A stretch of 64,000 bases of DNA from Nostocaceae cyanobacterium. GTDB lineage: Bacteria; Cyanobacteriota; Cyanobacteriia; Cyanobacteriales; Nostocaceae. A program made the translations under genes and the position numbers. Shown in pieces: positions 17,230-27,834 of this stretch. Under the pieces are notes generated by a model. That model did not search any database and was not told where the DNA came from. It worked only from the letters and a program-made list of their open reading frames with translations. How positions within the stretch are numbered: position 1 is the first letter of the stretch; each line of letters opens with the position of its first letter. The stretch is from NCBI GenBank assembly GCA_035298905.1, contig DATGXQ010000126.1:1296-65295 (forward strand). Reading direction: 5' to 3'.

Positions 17230-18360
17230 TTAAGCAAGAAATACTTCTAAATCTGGTACATCTACCCAACTTCTATTGATATTAGATTTGTGTGATAAAT
17301 CCATGAGCAATTGAGAGTAAACACCCTCTTGTAAAGAGGGTATTGTTTGTTGCTTACTTTCAATTCCCTTGACCCATTGGTCAACTACACGTAGAAAAGC
17401 ACAAATTCTTCCATCATTGTAATGTTGAGGGAAAAGTAAGTTTTTAGGTATTTCCATTTCGCTTAATGGTTGACCGATTTGAGAACCCCAAACCCGAAAA
17501 CCGTGGATATAATCTTTTTGATTTTCACTACCTAAAATTAATGTGCCTTTATCCCCATATACTTCTATCCAATGGGGTCTAGGTGCATGGACAACTGCAC
17601 TAATAGAAACTTGGCAAGGCGTACCATCTGCCAATTCCAATGATAACATACAAGTATCATCAGTATTGACTGGTTTTAATTGTCCATTTTTGGGATCAAT
17701 TCGTTCTGGAATTGCTGTACTTAAATAGGCATTTAATTTCCGCACTGGTCCGAATAACCAGTAAATGTAATCAAAAGCATGAGAACCCAAAGATCCCAAA
17801 GCACCACCACCTTGATCTTTCCTAGAATACCAATTCCAAGGACGGGAAACATCCGCACGGGAAGAACCCAACCAATCAATTTTAATTAAACGTAATTTAC
17901 CTACATAACCAGAAGATAGAAGTTGAGCGAAAAATTGCCAACCAGGGACAAAGCGAAATTCAAAATCTAGAGTCGCAATTACTCCTTGAGTTTTAGCTAA
18001 TTGATATAGTTCCTTTGCTTCATCTGCATTTAAAGCTGTGGGTTTTTCTAAGAGCAGATGCTTTCCCGCTTGCAAGACAGCTTTTGCCATTTCATAATGT
18101 AAAAATGGTGGGGTAGAAATACTCACAGCTTGTACTTCTGGTAAAGCCAAAATATCTGCTAAGTTATCACAGGCATAAGGAATATTATGATTTGTTGCGA
18201 TAGTTTTGGCTTGATTGATATCTCGATGATAAACAGCGACTATCTCAGTATTATGATGTGCTTGAAATGCAGGAATATGAACTTTTTGACCGAATCCAGT
18301 ACCGACAATTGCCACTCCAATCATACGTAGTAAAAAATTAAATTTATGGACATTTTGCAA
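17230..18360 (-). CDS. Gfo/Idh/MocA-family NAD(P)-dependent oxidoreductase
   Basis: Rossmann IGVAIVGTGFGQKVHIPA and EKP motif LLLEKP. The true start may be the internal M at 18324. Confidence 0.75.
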   Translation of the reverse strand: MQNVHKFNFLLRMIGVAIVGTGFGQKVHIPAFQAHHNTEIVAVYHRDINQAKTIATNHNIPYACDNLADILALPEVQAVSISTPPFLHYEMAKAVLQAGKHLLLEKPTALNADEAKELYQLAKTQGVIATLDFEFRFVPGWQFFAQLLSSGYVGKLRLIKIDWLGSSRADVSRPWNWYSRKDQGGGALGSLGSHAFDYIYWLFGPVRKLNAYLSTAIPERIDPKNGQLKPVNTDDTCMLSLELADGTPCQVSISAVVHAPRPHWIEVYGDKGTLILGSENQKDYIHGFRVWGSQIGQPLSEMEIPKNLLFPQHYNDGRICAFLRVVDQWVKGIESKQQTIPSLQEGVYSQLLMDLSHKSNINRSWVDVPDLEVFLA

Positions 18361-19167
18361 AACAAAATTTAGAAGTTAGAAGCCAGAATATAGATTTGCT
18401 GGTCTACTCTTCGGGTTGCTATATCTGAATCTTGACTTCTGAATTCTTATTTTACTTCGTTTAAACATACACTAAAACCCGCTCAAATTAGCTATAAGTC
18501 GAGAATTTTCCGAAATCAAGGCTAAAATCAATAATGTATGGGGAACTAAAACAAATCTCTTTGCGTCTGTCTGTGTTGCGGTTCCATACCAGTTTCTACA
18601 AAACTGGATAACGCAGTGGTAGTTGGCCAGACCTTTGCTTGTTGTGTCAAATTCTCTTACATCTACTGTAAGATTGCACACAGGCAAAGTTCATTAATAT
18701 AGTAATTCTCCTTGATATGTGAATTAGACCTCTCCAAAAATTAACTATACATGACCTGAAACCCTTGTATGAACGTCAAGGAACGTCTCTACATCCATGA
18801 TAATTCACGATCGCTATAAACAATATTTATATTTAATTTGGAAAAGTCTAGTGTAATCAAAAAGTTGCGATTTATATTATTTATGTGTGGAAGAGGAGAG
18901 GAAATTAGAGATAGCCACATTCAATGTTTTCCCCATTCTCGTGACTTTACTACTTACCTGTATTCTACTTTACTCTAAACTAGCAACTCTAGTTATGCAG
19001 ATGTATTAACCTTGCTAATACTAATTTTGTATAGCAAATTACAAATTTCTGGCAACATAAAGATACTCAGAATGTCCTGTGTTTTTAAGTCAATCGAAAT
19101 TATTTTAATTTTGTACGTTAGCTATATCTACTACAATTAAGATACCTCAGTTTATGGTATCTTTAAT

Positions 19168-19329
19168 ATGCCTAAGCCAGAAATTTACATAACTTTCCGC
19201 TTAACACAACAAGAGAAAAATTTGCTACGGGAATATTGTGAACAAAGTGGAAGGAATCAAACCGATGTGTTGCGAGAATTAGTACGTGGATTAAAACGAA
19301 GAATCAAGAAAACTAACGCAGAGGTGTAA
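19168..19329 (+). CDS. 53-aa ribbon-helix-helix (CopG-like) protein, below the ORF-track length cut-off
   Basis: Own translation: MPKPEIYITFRLTQQEKNLLREYCEQSGRNQTDVLRELVRGLKRRIKKTNAEV. Beta strand (IYITFRL) followed by two helices. Confidence 0.5.
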   Translation: MPKPEIYITFRLTQQEKNLLREYCEQSGRNQTDVLRELVRGLKRRIKKTNAEV

Positions 19330-19999
19330 AAGTAAAGGATATTACCCCTATCGTTTGCTAGACTACGGAAGCAGCTTTATAGTTATTGAACCAAGTGCTT
19401 TTTTGATATAATTTAAGTCAATTTTTTGACTAGATTGCTTAGGCAATATGGCTTATTTGCACAAAAGATGTAATTTTAATTACAAGCTTCTCATGATGTA
19501 GAAACTACCTTGGTGAGTACCAAGAGTAAATTAGGTAACAGCTAACTGATATCTTGGTAGTTTCTCCCCTTAGCGATCGCGCGGTATACCCTCTGTTAGC
19601 GATCGCTCAGTGAAACAAAGTTAACACATCTTTAGCTAGGATATTTCAAGACCAGTTATGGACAGTCAGTTTACCCATTGGTTATGCTGCTGTTATTGGT
19701 ATAGTCTGCTATTTACCACAGTCTATCTTATCACTAGCGATCGTCTACAACGGACACACGCAACCATTGCTACTGGCTATTAAAATGGGTGATAGGCTTT
19801 TCTGTTTTTGCGTTTGGGAGTGAGGGTTATGCAGTTTACTGAAAATTTTCCTTGATTTAGTTTCTTCCCTATCAGATGACGCTGGCTAAATAAGCAATTA
19901 AACTGTGGATATTGTCAAACAACTAGGACTAAAAACAACACCCTTGTACATTTAATAATATTATCTATTATTTTTCCAATGTAAATCCTACTATATCAA

Positions 20000-22597
20000 A
20001 TGCTGGTTATGTCAGTGCATCAACCTACTGCTGGAGAAACTACCAATTTAATGAATGGTAATCATCATCAAGAAAATGATCATAAATTACAAACACATTA
20101 TACCCCTGTCAGCAGTTTAGCAATCAAACAAGGAACTATTGCTAAATTTCTTGCTCCTTTAACTCAAGATACTTTTAAGCAAGTCGTTCGAGAGGTTGAA
20201 CAAAAATTACAAATCGTACATCAAACCCTATCTATGTTAGACCATCAAGGGTTTGAAAAAATCTTACAAGAAATGTTGCATTCAATTGCTTTGAAAATAG
20301 GTGAATTATTGGGAGCAGATAGAACAACTATATTTTTACTAGACGAAGAAAAACAGGAACTTTGGTCAATTTTAGCCGAAGGAGGAAACGACAACTCTTT
20401 AGAAATTCGTGTCCCCGCAGATCAGGGTATTGCTGGTGAAGTGGCCACTTTCAAAAAACTGATTAATATTCCTTTTGATTTTTATAGTGACGTTCGCTCA
20501 ATTTTTGCTCAAGCTCAAGAAAAGAAAACTGGTTATCGTACCTATACTATGTTAGCTTTACCACTGTTAAATGAGGATGGTAAATTAGTAGCAGTAGTGC
20601 AATTATTAAATAAATTAAAAATCCAATATAATCCTGATGCTCCACTATTAGAACGTATTGACACCAGAGGTTTTACTAGAGCAGATGAATTGTTATTCCA
20701 AGAATTTGCCCCTTCAATTCGCTTAATTTTAGAATCATCACGCTCTTTTTATGTTGCTACACAAAAACAAAGAGCGGCTGCTGCTTTAATGAAGGCAATT
20801 AAATCTTTAAGTCAAAGCAGTTTGGACTTAGAAGATACTCTCAAGCGGGTAATGGATGAAGCTAAAGAATTGATGAATGCTGACCGCAGTACTCTTTGGT
20901 TAATCGATCGCGATCGCCAACTGTTATGGACAAAAATTTATCAAGATGATGGGACAACTAAGGAGTTACAAGTCCCCATTGGTAAAGGTTTTGCGGGTAT
21001 AGTAGCCGCATCGGGAAAAAAACTCAATATTCCCTTTGATTTATATGAACATCAAGATTCGGAAACGGCTAAAAAACTTGATCAACAAAATGGCTATCGT
21101 ACTTGTAGTCTGTTGTGTATGCCAATATTTAACAGTGATCAAGAATTAATTGGTGTGACTCAGTTAGTCAATAAAAAAAAGTCTGGTGATTTTCCTCCTT
21201 ACAATCCTGCTACTTGGCCAAATGCTCCCGAAATTTTTCAAGCTAGTTTTGATCGCAATGATGAAGAATTTATGGAAGCCTTTAATATTCAAGCAGGAGT
21301 AGCATTACAAAATGCTCAACTGTTTGCCAAGATTAAGCAACAAGAACAAATGCAGCGTGATATTTTACGGAGTCTTTCTAATGGAGTAATTTCTGTTGAT
21401 CAAGCAGGAGTAATTATTACTGCTAATGAAAGTGCCAAACGCTTGCTAGGGTTCTGTTTAGAAGAAAACCTAGCTGGCAAATTAATCAATGATGTAATTC
21501 AAATTGAGGAGGGAGATTTTAGTAAATGGTGTGCAAGTGCTTTAAATGCAATTGATGTCAGACATCATCATCAATATTATCCCGACCGCCTATTATTAAA
21601 TACTAAAAACGACAGACACAGTATAAATTTATCATTAAATACTATTGTTGATGTTAATGATCCACAAAAAATTTGTGGGGCATTAATTGTCATGGAAGAT
21701 ATTAGTGATGAAAAGCGCCTTAAGAGTACAATGTATCGTTACATGACGCAGGAATTAGCAGAGGAATTACTAAAATTAGATGATGCCAAATTAGGAGGCG
21801 ATCGCAAAGAAGTTTCTATCCTCTTTTCAGATATTCGTGGCTACACCACTTTAACAGAAAACATGGAAGCAGAAGAAGTGGTCAGTATGCTGAATGAATA
21901 TTTTGAATCAATGGTAGAAGCAGTTTTCCAACAAAAAGGGACTCTAGATAAATATATAGGCGATGCTATCATGGCTGTTTTTGGTTCTCCCTTACCTCTA
22001 GAACAACACGCCTTAATGGCAGTACGAGCATCATTAGAAATGCGTCATCGATTAAAAGAATTTAATCAACGCCGTTATGCTGCCAATAAGCCCAGAATTA
22101 GTATTGGTATTGGCATTAATTCCGATACAGTCATTAGTGGGAATATTGGTTCTAGTAAGCGCATGGAATTTACTGCTATTGGTGATGGTGTTAACCTTGG
22201 TTCTCGCTTAGAAAGCGTAACTAAACAGTACGGTTGTGATATTATTATTAGTGATAATACTTATCGCCTTTGCCATGAGTATATTTGGGCGCGAGAATTA
22301 GATTATATTCGTGTTAAAGGCAGAAATGAACCAGTAGCAATTTATGAGTTAATAGGTTTGCGCTCAGATCCAATCAGTAATGTAAAAATGCAAGTTATTG
22401 AGTATTATCACAAAGGACGTGAATATTATTTAAACCGTCAATTTAGCCTTGCTCAAGCAGAATTTGCTAAAGTTTTAGAAGCTGACATCCATGATCAAGC
22501 CGCTATCTTACATATTCACCGTTGTCAGCATTGGTTACATACCCCCCCATCAGATGCAGACTGGGATGATGGCGTTTGGACTTTTAAGGATAAGTAA
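20000..22597 (+). CDS. cyaB1: class III adenylate cyclase, GAF-GAF-PAS-CHD-TPR architecture (CyaB1-like)
   Basis: Two GAF segments (ADRTTIFLLD..., ADRSTLWLID...), a PAS segment (LRSLSNGVISVD) and the cyclase core VSILFSDIRGYTTL...KYIGDAIMAVFG...GDGVNLGSRLE. Confidence 0.85.
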   Translation: MLVMSVHQPTAGETTNLMNGNHHQENDHKLQTHYTPVSSLAIKQGTIAKFLAPLTQDTFKQVVREVEQKLQIVHQTLSMLDHQGFEKILQEMLHSIALKIGELLGADRTTIFLLDEEKQELWSILAEGGNDNSLEIRVPADQGIAGEVATFKKLINIPFDFYSDVRSIFAQAQEKKTGYRTYTMLALPLLNEDGKLVAVVQLLNKLKIQYNPDAPLLERIDTRGFTRADELLFQEFAPSIRLILESSRSFYVATQKQRAAAALMKAIKSLSQSSLDLEDTLKRVMDEAKELMNADRSTLWLIDRDRQLLWTKIYQDDGTTKELQVPIGKGFAGIVAASGKKLNIPFDLYEHQDSETAKKLDQQNGYRTCSLLCMPIFNSDQELIGVTQLVNKKKSGDFPPYNPATWPNAPEIFQASFDRNDEEFMEAFNIQAGVALQNAQLFAKIKQQEQMQRDILRSLSNGVISVDQAGVIITANESAKRLLGFCLEENLAGKLINDVIQIEEGDFSKWCASALNAIDVRHHHQYYPDRLLLNTKNDRHSINLSLNTIVDVNDPQKICGALIVMEDISDEKRLKSTMYRYMTQELAEELLKLDDAKLGGDRKEVSILFSDIRGYTTLTENMEAEEVVSMLNEYFESMVEAVFQQKGTLDKYIGDAIMAVFGSPLPLEQHALMAVRASLEMRHRLKEFNQRRYAANKPRISIGIGINSDTVISGNIGSSKRMEFTAIGDGVNLGSRLESVTKQYGCDIIISDNTYRLCHEYIWARELDYIRVKGRNEPVAIYELIGLRSDPISNVKMQVIEYYHKGREYYLNRQFSLAQAEFAKVLEADIHDQAAILHIHRCQHWLHTPPSDADWDDGVWTFKDK

Positions 22598-22620
22598 AAA
22601 GTTCAATAACAAACCTATTC

Positions 22621-23202
22621 TTACGGATAGGGAAAGAAAAAAGATTCCGAGTCGTAACCATAAAAATTTAATCTGCCAAAACCTAAAAATTGACCATGCG
22701 CTTTTTCACCTCTAGGATAAGCTGTCACACCAAACAGATAAACGCCCTCAACTAGAGGATTTTGTACTGGTTTTAAGGCAATAGTAATAGTCTGTCCAGG
22801 TGATACTGGAGGATCAAAGGTCAAAGTTACTGTTTTAGCTTTTTGGTCAATATTTGTATTTTTTATCTCTAATCTCTGCTGTTTACTTGTTGCCGTTTCT
22901 CCTAAAGCAAAGCTATCTTTGAGGTCAAAATTCACATAATCTACTCCCTGACGTTGGTTGATAGTTATGGTTTGCAAAGGTTCGCCAGCATTGTCCGGTA
23001 AAGTGATAGTAAAGTAATAAGTTGCTCCTACTATACCAATAGTATTGTAAGTGGTAGTGGCTTTAACTAAGCGGGGTGGTTGAGCAAAATAAACCGTACC
23101 ATCCTGTAACTCAATTGCTGGACTTTTAACAGCCGATACCGCAATTATTGTAAATGTGGAAAACAGGGTTAACGCTGTACTAAATAAAATTGGTACTCGC
23201 AT
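22621..23202 (-). CDS. secreted protein, DUF2808-like
   Basis: Signal peptide. ATYYFTITLPDNAGEPLQTITINQ resembles cyanobacterial DUF2808 from memory. Confidence 0.5.
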   Translation of the reverse strand: MRVPILFSTALTLFSTFTIIAVSAVKSPAIELQDGTVYFAQPPRLVKATTTYNTIGIVGATYYFTITLPDNAGEPLQTITINQRQGVDYVNFDLKDSFALGETATSKQQRLEIKNTNIDQKAKTVTLTFDPPVSPGQTITIALKPVQNPLVEGVYLFGVTAYPRGEKAHGQFLGFGRLNFYGYDSESFFFPYP

Positions 23203-23650
23203 TTAAGTTTCTCGATGTCAAATTAACTAAAATAAAGCCACTAATTCTATCATCAGGATTCAGAATTAAAGAGAAGTTGAGAGTCAAGCTGGATAATGTT
23301 CGCCAAGTAAAACTGCTATCTATTTCTGATGTGATAACTATTCTGGCTACTGACTCCTAACTCCTGAATTATTATATTCTATCTATTAGTAGATATCTCA
23401 AGTATCCCAATTACTTACCGTGCTGATTCCCAGATTTTAGCCATGTTGCGTTTATATTAGTGAATTAATTAGCTCTATGTGTTTACTTATGACTATTTCG
23501 CAATCAAACTTAAAAAATGTTCATCTTGATAATTAAAAATTGTATAGTGCAATGCTAACATAACCTCTATTTTGTTAAGTTAGTTGATATTGATTGTCAA
23601 AGCAATCCTTTTGATTAGAAACTAAGAATACAAAACAAGTAATTATTCAT

Positions 23651-24142
23651 ATGCAGACTATTTCTAAGCTGGAATTAATAAATCAGTCAACTTGGCAAAA
23701 GGCTATCATTCTGACTTTAGGTTTTTGGCTAAGTGCCAGCCTAATTTTAGATTGGGTAATTATGCCTAGTCTTTACGTTTCTGGCATGATGAGCCAAGCT
23801 AGTTTTACAACAGCAGGCTATGTAATTTTTTGGTTCTTCAATCGGCTAGAATTGCTTTTTGCAGCTGTAGTTTTAACTGGAGTTTTGGCTATCAATAAAA
23901 CTCAAGCTGAGTGGCGGGTGAGTAGTATATTTTTATCTGTTTTACTCCTAGCTATAGCTTTGCTAGATACCTATTTATTAACTCCCCAGATGTGTGCTGT
24001 GGGAATCGATTTGAATCTTTTTGCCACCGCCAATGTAGTACCCGCAATTATGAATTTACTACATGGTGGGTACTTCTTATTTGATGTTATGAAGCTGGTA
24101 GCAAGTGGTTTACTTTTAAATTGGTGCTGGCGGCAAATCTAG
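23651..24142 (+). CDS. integral membrane protein (4 predicted TM segments)
   Basis: Hydrophobic segments are obvious; no family recognised. Confidence 0.5.
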   Translation: MQTISKLELINQSTWQKAIILTLGFWLSASLILDWVIMPSLYVSGMMSQASFTTAGYVIFWFFNRLELLFAAVVLTGVLAINKTQAEWRVSSIFLSVLLLAIALLDTYLLTPQMCAVGIDLNLFATANVVPAIMNLLHGGYFLFDVMKLVASGLLLNWCWRQI

Positions 24143-24156
24143 CAACTTTGACAGTT

Positions 24157-24266
24157 ACAGCAGGGAACGGGGAACAGGGAACAGGTAACAGGGAACAGGG
24201 TTGAAAGTCTTTTGGCGTAAGGCTTTGTCCCTCAACTTTGTACCTCATTTACCTGAAATATACTGT
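24157..24266 (+). repeat. MITE-like repeat, family A
   Basis: ACAGCAGGGAACGGGGAACAGGGAACAGGTAACAGGGAACAGGGTTGAAAGTC...CATTTACCTGAAATATACTGT. Confidence 0.8.
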
Positions 24267-24775
24267 AAAAATTTCATAATCATAAATAACGCGCTTTGAT
24301 GAACTTTTCCATCAAGGCGCGTTAATTGTTATTTATTGGTTTGTGACAAAATTTTAAGCTCTGGGTGAAAGTTAAGTGTAGAAATGTAAACTATTTTTTC
24401 AGAAAACGCTCATGATTGTGATGATGCTGGCACTGGTCAACATGATTAAAGCACCCATCACTAAGGTATTAGGGAGTTTGGAGTTCTGCATAGTTGGTCA
24501 TTCCTCATGAATTGAGTATATTTACTAACGATATCAATTCCATTATGAATAGTTATCGGAATAGTATAAAAATTAAAATAATGTAAATTTTCTTAGCAAA
24601 TATGAGATTAAGTAGTCACTTTGATTTGATACAATTTCTTGATAAGTGGGTTTTACCCCTCTCAAGTACGGATAGCCCCACAACATAAATACCTACTAGC
24701 CGACCGGAGTGTGTGCCTTGATGCTGTAAGATAAAGCTTTATCAAGGCAAATAGTATTTTGGTCAAAAAATAATC

Positions 24776-25501
24776 ATGACAGCTTCCACGGCATCTATAA
24801 ATCCGACAGTAGAATTTGACTTAGATAAGTTAAATCAAGAGTTTGAGACTGCTACGCCGAAAGAAATCTTAGCTTGGTCTGTTGAGAATATTCCTACAGG
24901 ACTGGTACAAACTAGCGCTTTTAATGTGGATGATATGGTGATTACTCATATTCTCTACACTGAACTCAAGCATTCTGTTCCTGTAATCTTCCTTGACACC
25001 CTATTCCACTTCCGCGAAACTTTAGAATTGGTCGCTAAGACTATAGAAATTTACACCCTAGACTTAAAAACTTACAAAACACCAGATGTAGATACCCGTG
25101 AAGCTTTCACTGCTAAATATGGGGAAGCACTTTGGGACAAAGATATTGCTAAGTTTCATGACATTACTAAAATTGAACCTTTGCAACGGGGTTTAGATGA
25201 GTTAAATACTGTTGCTTGGATCACTGGTCGCCGTCGTGACCAAGCTGTTACCCGTGCCAATATGCCAGTTTTTGAATTAGATGGTAAGGGACGGTTAAAA
25301 GTTAATCCTTTAGCAACTTGGACTAGAAAAGATTCTTGGGCTTACGTAGCAGAACATAAGGTGATTTATAATCCTTTGCATGACCAAGGTTATCCCAGTA
25401 TTGGCGATGAACCTATTACTACTAAAGTAGGTGAAGGTGAAGACGAACGCGCCGGACGCTGGCGCGGTACTGGTAAGACTGAGTGTGGAATACACATCTA
25501 A
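24776..25501 (+). CDS. cysH: phosphoadenosine phosphosulfate (PAPS/APS) reductase
   Basis: Thioredoxin-dependent CysH pattern with C-terminal ECGIH. Confidence 0.85.
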   Translation: MTASTASINPTVEFDLDKLNQEFETATPKEILAWSVENIPTGLVQTSAFNVDDMVITHILYTELKHSVPVIFLDTLFHFRETLELVAKTIEIYTLDLKTYKTPDVDTREAFTAKYGEALWDKDIAKFHDITKIEPLQRGLDELNTVAWITGRRRDQAVTRANMPVFELDGKGRLKVNPLATWTRKDSWAYVAEHKVIYNPLHDQGYPSIGDEPITTKVGEGEDERAGRWRGTGKTECGIHI

Positions 25502-25513
25502 GTGAAGAGTTAG

Positions 25514-25544
25514 TAAAAAAGGCTCAGACATTTTTGCCTGAGCC
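25514..25544 (-). terminator. intrinsic terminator of rbp (possibly bidirectional, shared with cysH)
   Basis: Stem GGCTCAG/CTGAGCC (25521-25527 and 25538-25544), followed on the minus strand by a T-run (25515-25520). Confidence 0.6.
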
Positions 25545-25610
25545 CTTAAAATAGATAAAGCTAATTTTTTGAACTAATTTGTTAAGTTCAAAGGATCGAT
25601 TTACCAAGCC

Positions 25611-25910
25611 TTAGTAACGATTACGTCCACCATAGTTACCACGATTTCCACCAAAAGAACCTCTATCTTCTTTGGGTTTAGCCTTATTTACTTTTAAATC
25701 TCTTCCCATCCATTCAGCACCATCGAGCGCATCAATAGCAGCAGTTTCCTCTGCATCTGTACCCATTTCCACAAAACCAAAGCCGCGTACTCGGCCTGTT
25801 TCGCGATCAGTAGGTAGTTGAACTCTCTTGACAGAACCATATTCTGCAAATACAGCGTTCAGACTATCTTCTGTAACATCGTAAGAAAGATTGCCTACGT
25901 AAATTGACAT
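25611..25910 (-). CDS. rbp: RRM-type RNA-binding protein with a glycine-rich tail
   Basis: RNP2 IYVGNL, RNP1 RGFGFVEM and a C-terminal GGNRGNYGGRNRY. Confidence 0.9.
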   Translation of the reverse strand: MSIYVGNLSYDVTEDSLNAVFAEYGSVKRVQLPTDRETGRVRGFGFVEMGTDAEETAAIDALDGAEWMGRDLKVNKAKPKEDRGSFGGNRGNYGGRNRY

Positions 25911-25917
25911 AACTTGT

Positions 25918-25956
25918 CTCCGAAATCATGAGTGTGTAGAGATTTAAGTTTCGGAG
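25918..25956 (-). promoter_or_regulatory. 5'-UTR hairpin sequestering the rbp Shine-Dalgarno
   Basis: CTCCGAAA (25918-25925) pairs with TTTCGGAG (25949-25956). In the mRNA, the GGAG located 8 nt upstream of the AUG forms part of the stem. Confidence 0.5.
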
Positions 25957-26401
25957 AAAAGTCTGTAAATACCAAAAACAAAAAACCTGTCAATACTAAA
26001 AACAAACGAGGTCACCGAATTAACTCTCACTTTCTACCATAACACAACAATCAACTTTTAGGAAGGAAATCGCTTTAGCTTTATATAAAGTTTTGTAAAC
26101 AATTGATGGCTAGGTAGGGGTTGTGGTATCGCTTGAGCCATACTTTTACAGTTTCACTGTGCTTTACTGTAGATTAAATCTTCAACCAATAAAAATTTTT
26201 GCACTCACCAACTGTCAATCAAGGCTTGTTTGCTAACTGCTTTTCTAAGTAATATTCTTTAAGGTGATAATTTTTTTGACAAAAATTGAGTCTGTAGGGG
26301 AAGAGTAGTTTGTGTATGCTGGAATCAGCAGAAGATGAGGTCAAGGTAACTTGTAAATTGGTGATTACTTCATACTTTGAATGAACGACAACTGACAAAC
26401 T

Positions 26402-27667
26402 ATGATTAAAATACTGCACTTGTCAGATATCCACATGGGAAGCGGTTTTTCTCATGGACGGATTAATCCGGTGACGGGATTGAATACACGATTGGAAGAC
26501 TTTGTCAATACTTTGTCTTTGTGTATTGATAGAGCGATCGCTTCTCCCGTTGATCCTGTAGATTTAGTATTATTTGGTGGAGATGCTTTTCCCGATGCGA
26601 CACCACCACCCTATGTACAAGAGGCTTTTGCTGGTCAGTTTCGCCGCTTGGTAGATGCGGGTATTCCTACGGTTTTGTTGGTGGGAAATCATGACCAACA
26701 TTCTCAAGGTTTGGGAGGTGCAAGTTTAAATATCTACCGGACTCTAGGTGTACCTGGGGTAGTTGTGGGGGATACTTTAACTACTCATACTATTAAAACC
26801 CGTAAAGGTTCAGTACAGGTAATTACTCTCCCCTGGTTAACCCGTTCTACTTTGATGACACGTCAAGAAACTGAGGGGTTATCTTTAGCAGAAGTTCATC
26901 AGTTATTAATAGAAAGATTGCAGGTAGTATTAGAAGCAGAAATTCGCCGTTTAAACCCAGATTTACCTACGGTGCTGTTGGGTCATTTAATGGCGGATAA
27001 TGCTACTTTGGGGGCAGAAAAATTGTTAGCAGTGGGTAAGGGTTTTACTTTGCCTTTATCTTTACTGACACGTCCTTGTTTTGATTATGTGGCGCTAGGA
27101 CATGTCCACCGTCACCAAAATTTGAATAAGTCTAATAGTAAACCACCAATTATTTATCCGGGGAGTATTGAACGGGTAGATTTTAGCGAAGAGAAAGAAG
27201 AGAAAGGTTATGTGATGATCGAACTAGAAAAGGGGTGGGTAGAGTGGGAATTTTGCCCTTTACCAGTTCGCACTTTTCGCACGATCGAGGTAGATTTGTC
27301 TAAGGCAGATGATCCGCAAGCAGTATTGTTGAAGGCGATCGCTAAACACAATATTCAAGATGCTGTAGTCAGGTTAATATATAAATTACGCTCAGAACAA
27401 CTGGACTTAATTGATAATTCTGCCCTGCATCAAGCTTTAAGTGACGCTCACACCTATACTATTCAACCAGAATTAGTCAGTCAGTTAGCTAAACCCCGGA
27501 TTCCTGAACTGAGTGCTAGTAGCAGTATCGACCCAATGGAAGCCTTAAAAACCTACTTAAATAATCGGGAAGACTTAAAAGACATTGCACAATCAATGCT
27601 GGAAGCAGCAGAAAATTTGTTGGAGAATGAGCAGGGAATATGGCTAGAAACTGCTACTACTGATTAA
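26402..27667 (+). CDS. sbcD: SbcD/Mre11-family DNA repair exonuclease
   Basis: ILHLSDIHMG, GGDAF, GNHD and GHVH calcineurin-like phosphoesterase motifs. Confidence 0.8.
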   Translation: MIKILHLSDIHMGSGFSHGRINPVTGLNTRLEDFVNTLSLCIDRAIASPVDPVDLVLFGGDAFPDATPPPYVQEAFAGQFRRLVDAGIPTVLLVGNHDQHSQGLGGASLNIYRTLGVPGVVVGDTLTTHTIKTRKGSVQVITLPWLTRSTLMTRQETEGLSLAEVHQLLIERLQVVLEAEIRRLNPDLPTVLLGHLMADNATLGAEKLLAVGKGFTLPLSLLTRPCFDYVALGHVHRHQNLNKSNSKPPIIYPGSIERVDFSEEKEEKGYVMIELEKGWVEWEFCPLPVRTFRTIEVDLSKADDPQAVLLKAIAKHNIQDAVVRLIYKLRSEQLDLIDNSALHQALSDAHTYTIQPELVSQLAKPRIPELSASSSIDPMEALKTYLNNREDLKDIAQSMLEAAENLLENEQGIWLETATTD

Positions 27668-27834
27668 GTTGATTGGTGAAAATTGCCAATCTAGATTCAG
27701 CCCAGTAGTTAAAGTTGCTTTAAATTCCTGCATCAAGTCCCAATTAATCTGCAAAAATAACTGTATTTCTTAGCTCAAGTTTTGAGTTAATCTCAACTTA
27801 GCAGGAATGAAAACCTTTGTCAGTTGGACTTTTT

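Noticed and set aside
18472-18687. 71-aa minus-strand ORF in the cyaB1 upstream gap
   Set aside because: It has no SD, an odd composition and no motif, and it begins at a non-ATG codon. It is probably non-coding.
20000-22597. The adenylate cyclase as a cyclic-nucleotide-based defence (CBASS/Pycsar-like) component
   Set aside because: This is a class III CHD cyclase with the GAF-GAF-PAS-TPR architecture of the housekeeping CyaB1 signalling enzyme. No effector gene is adjacent.
22491-22715. 74-aa plus-strand ORF at the cyaB1 3' end
   Set aside because: It overlaps both the cyaB1 C-terminus, in another frame, and the convergent DUF2808-like gene.
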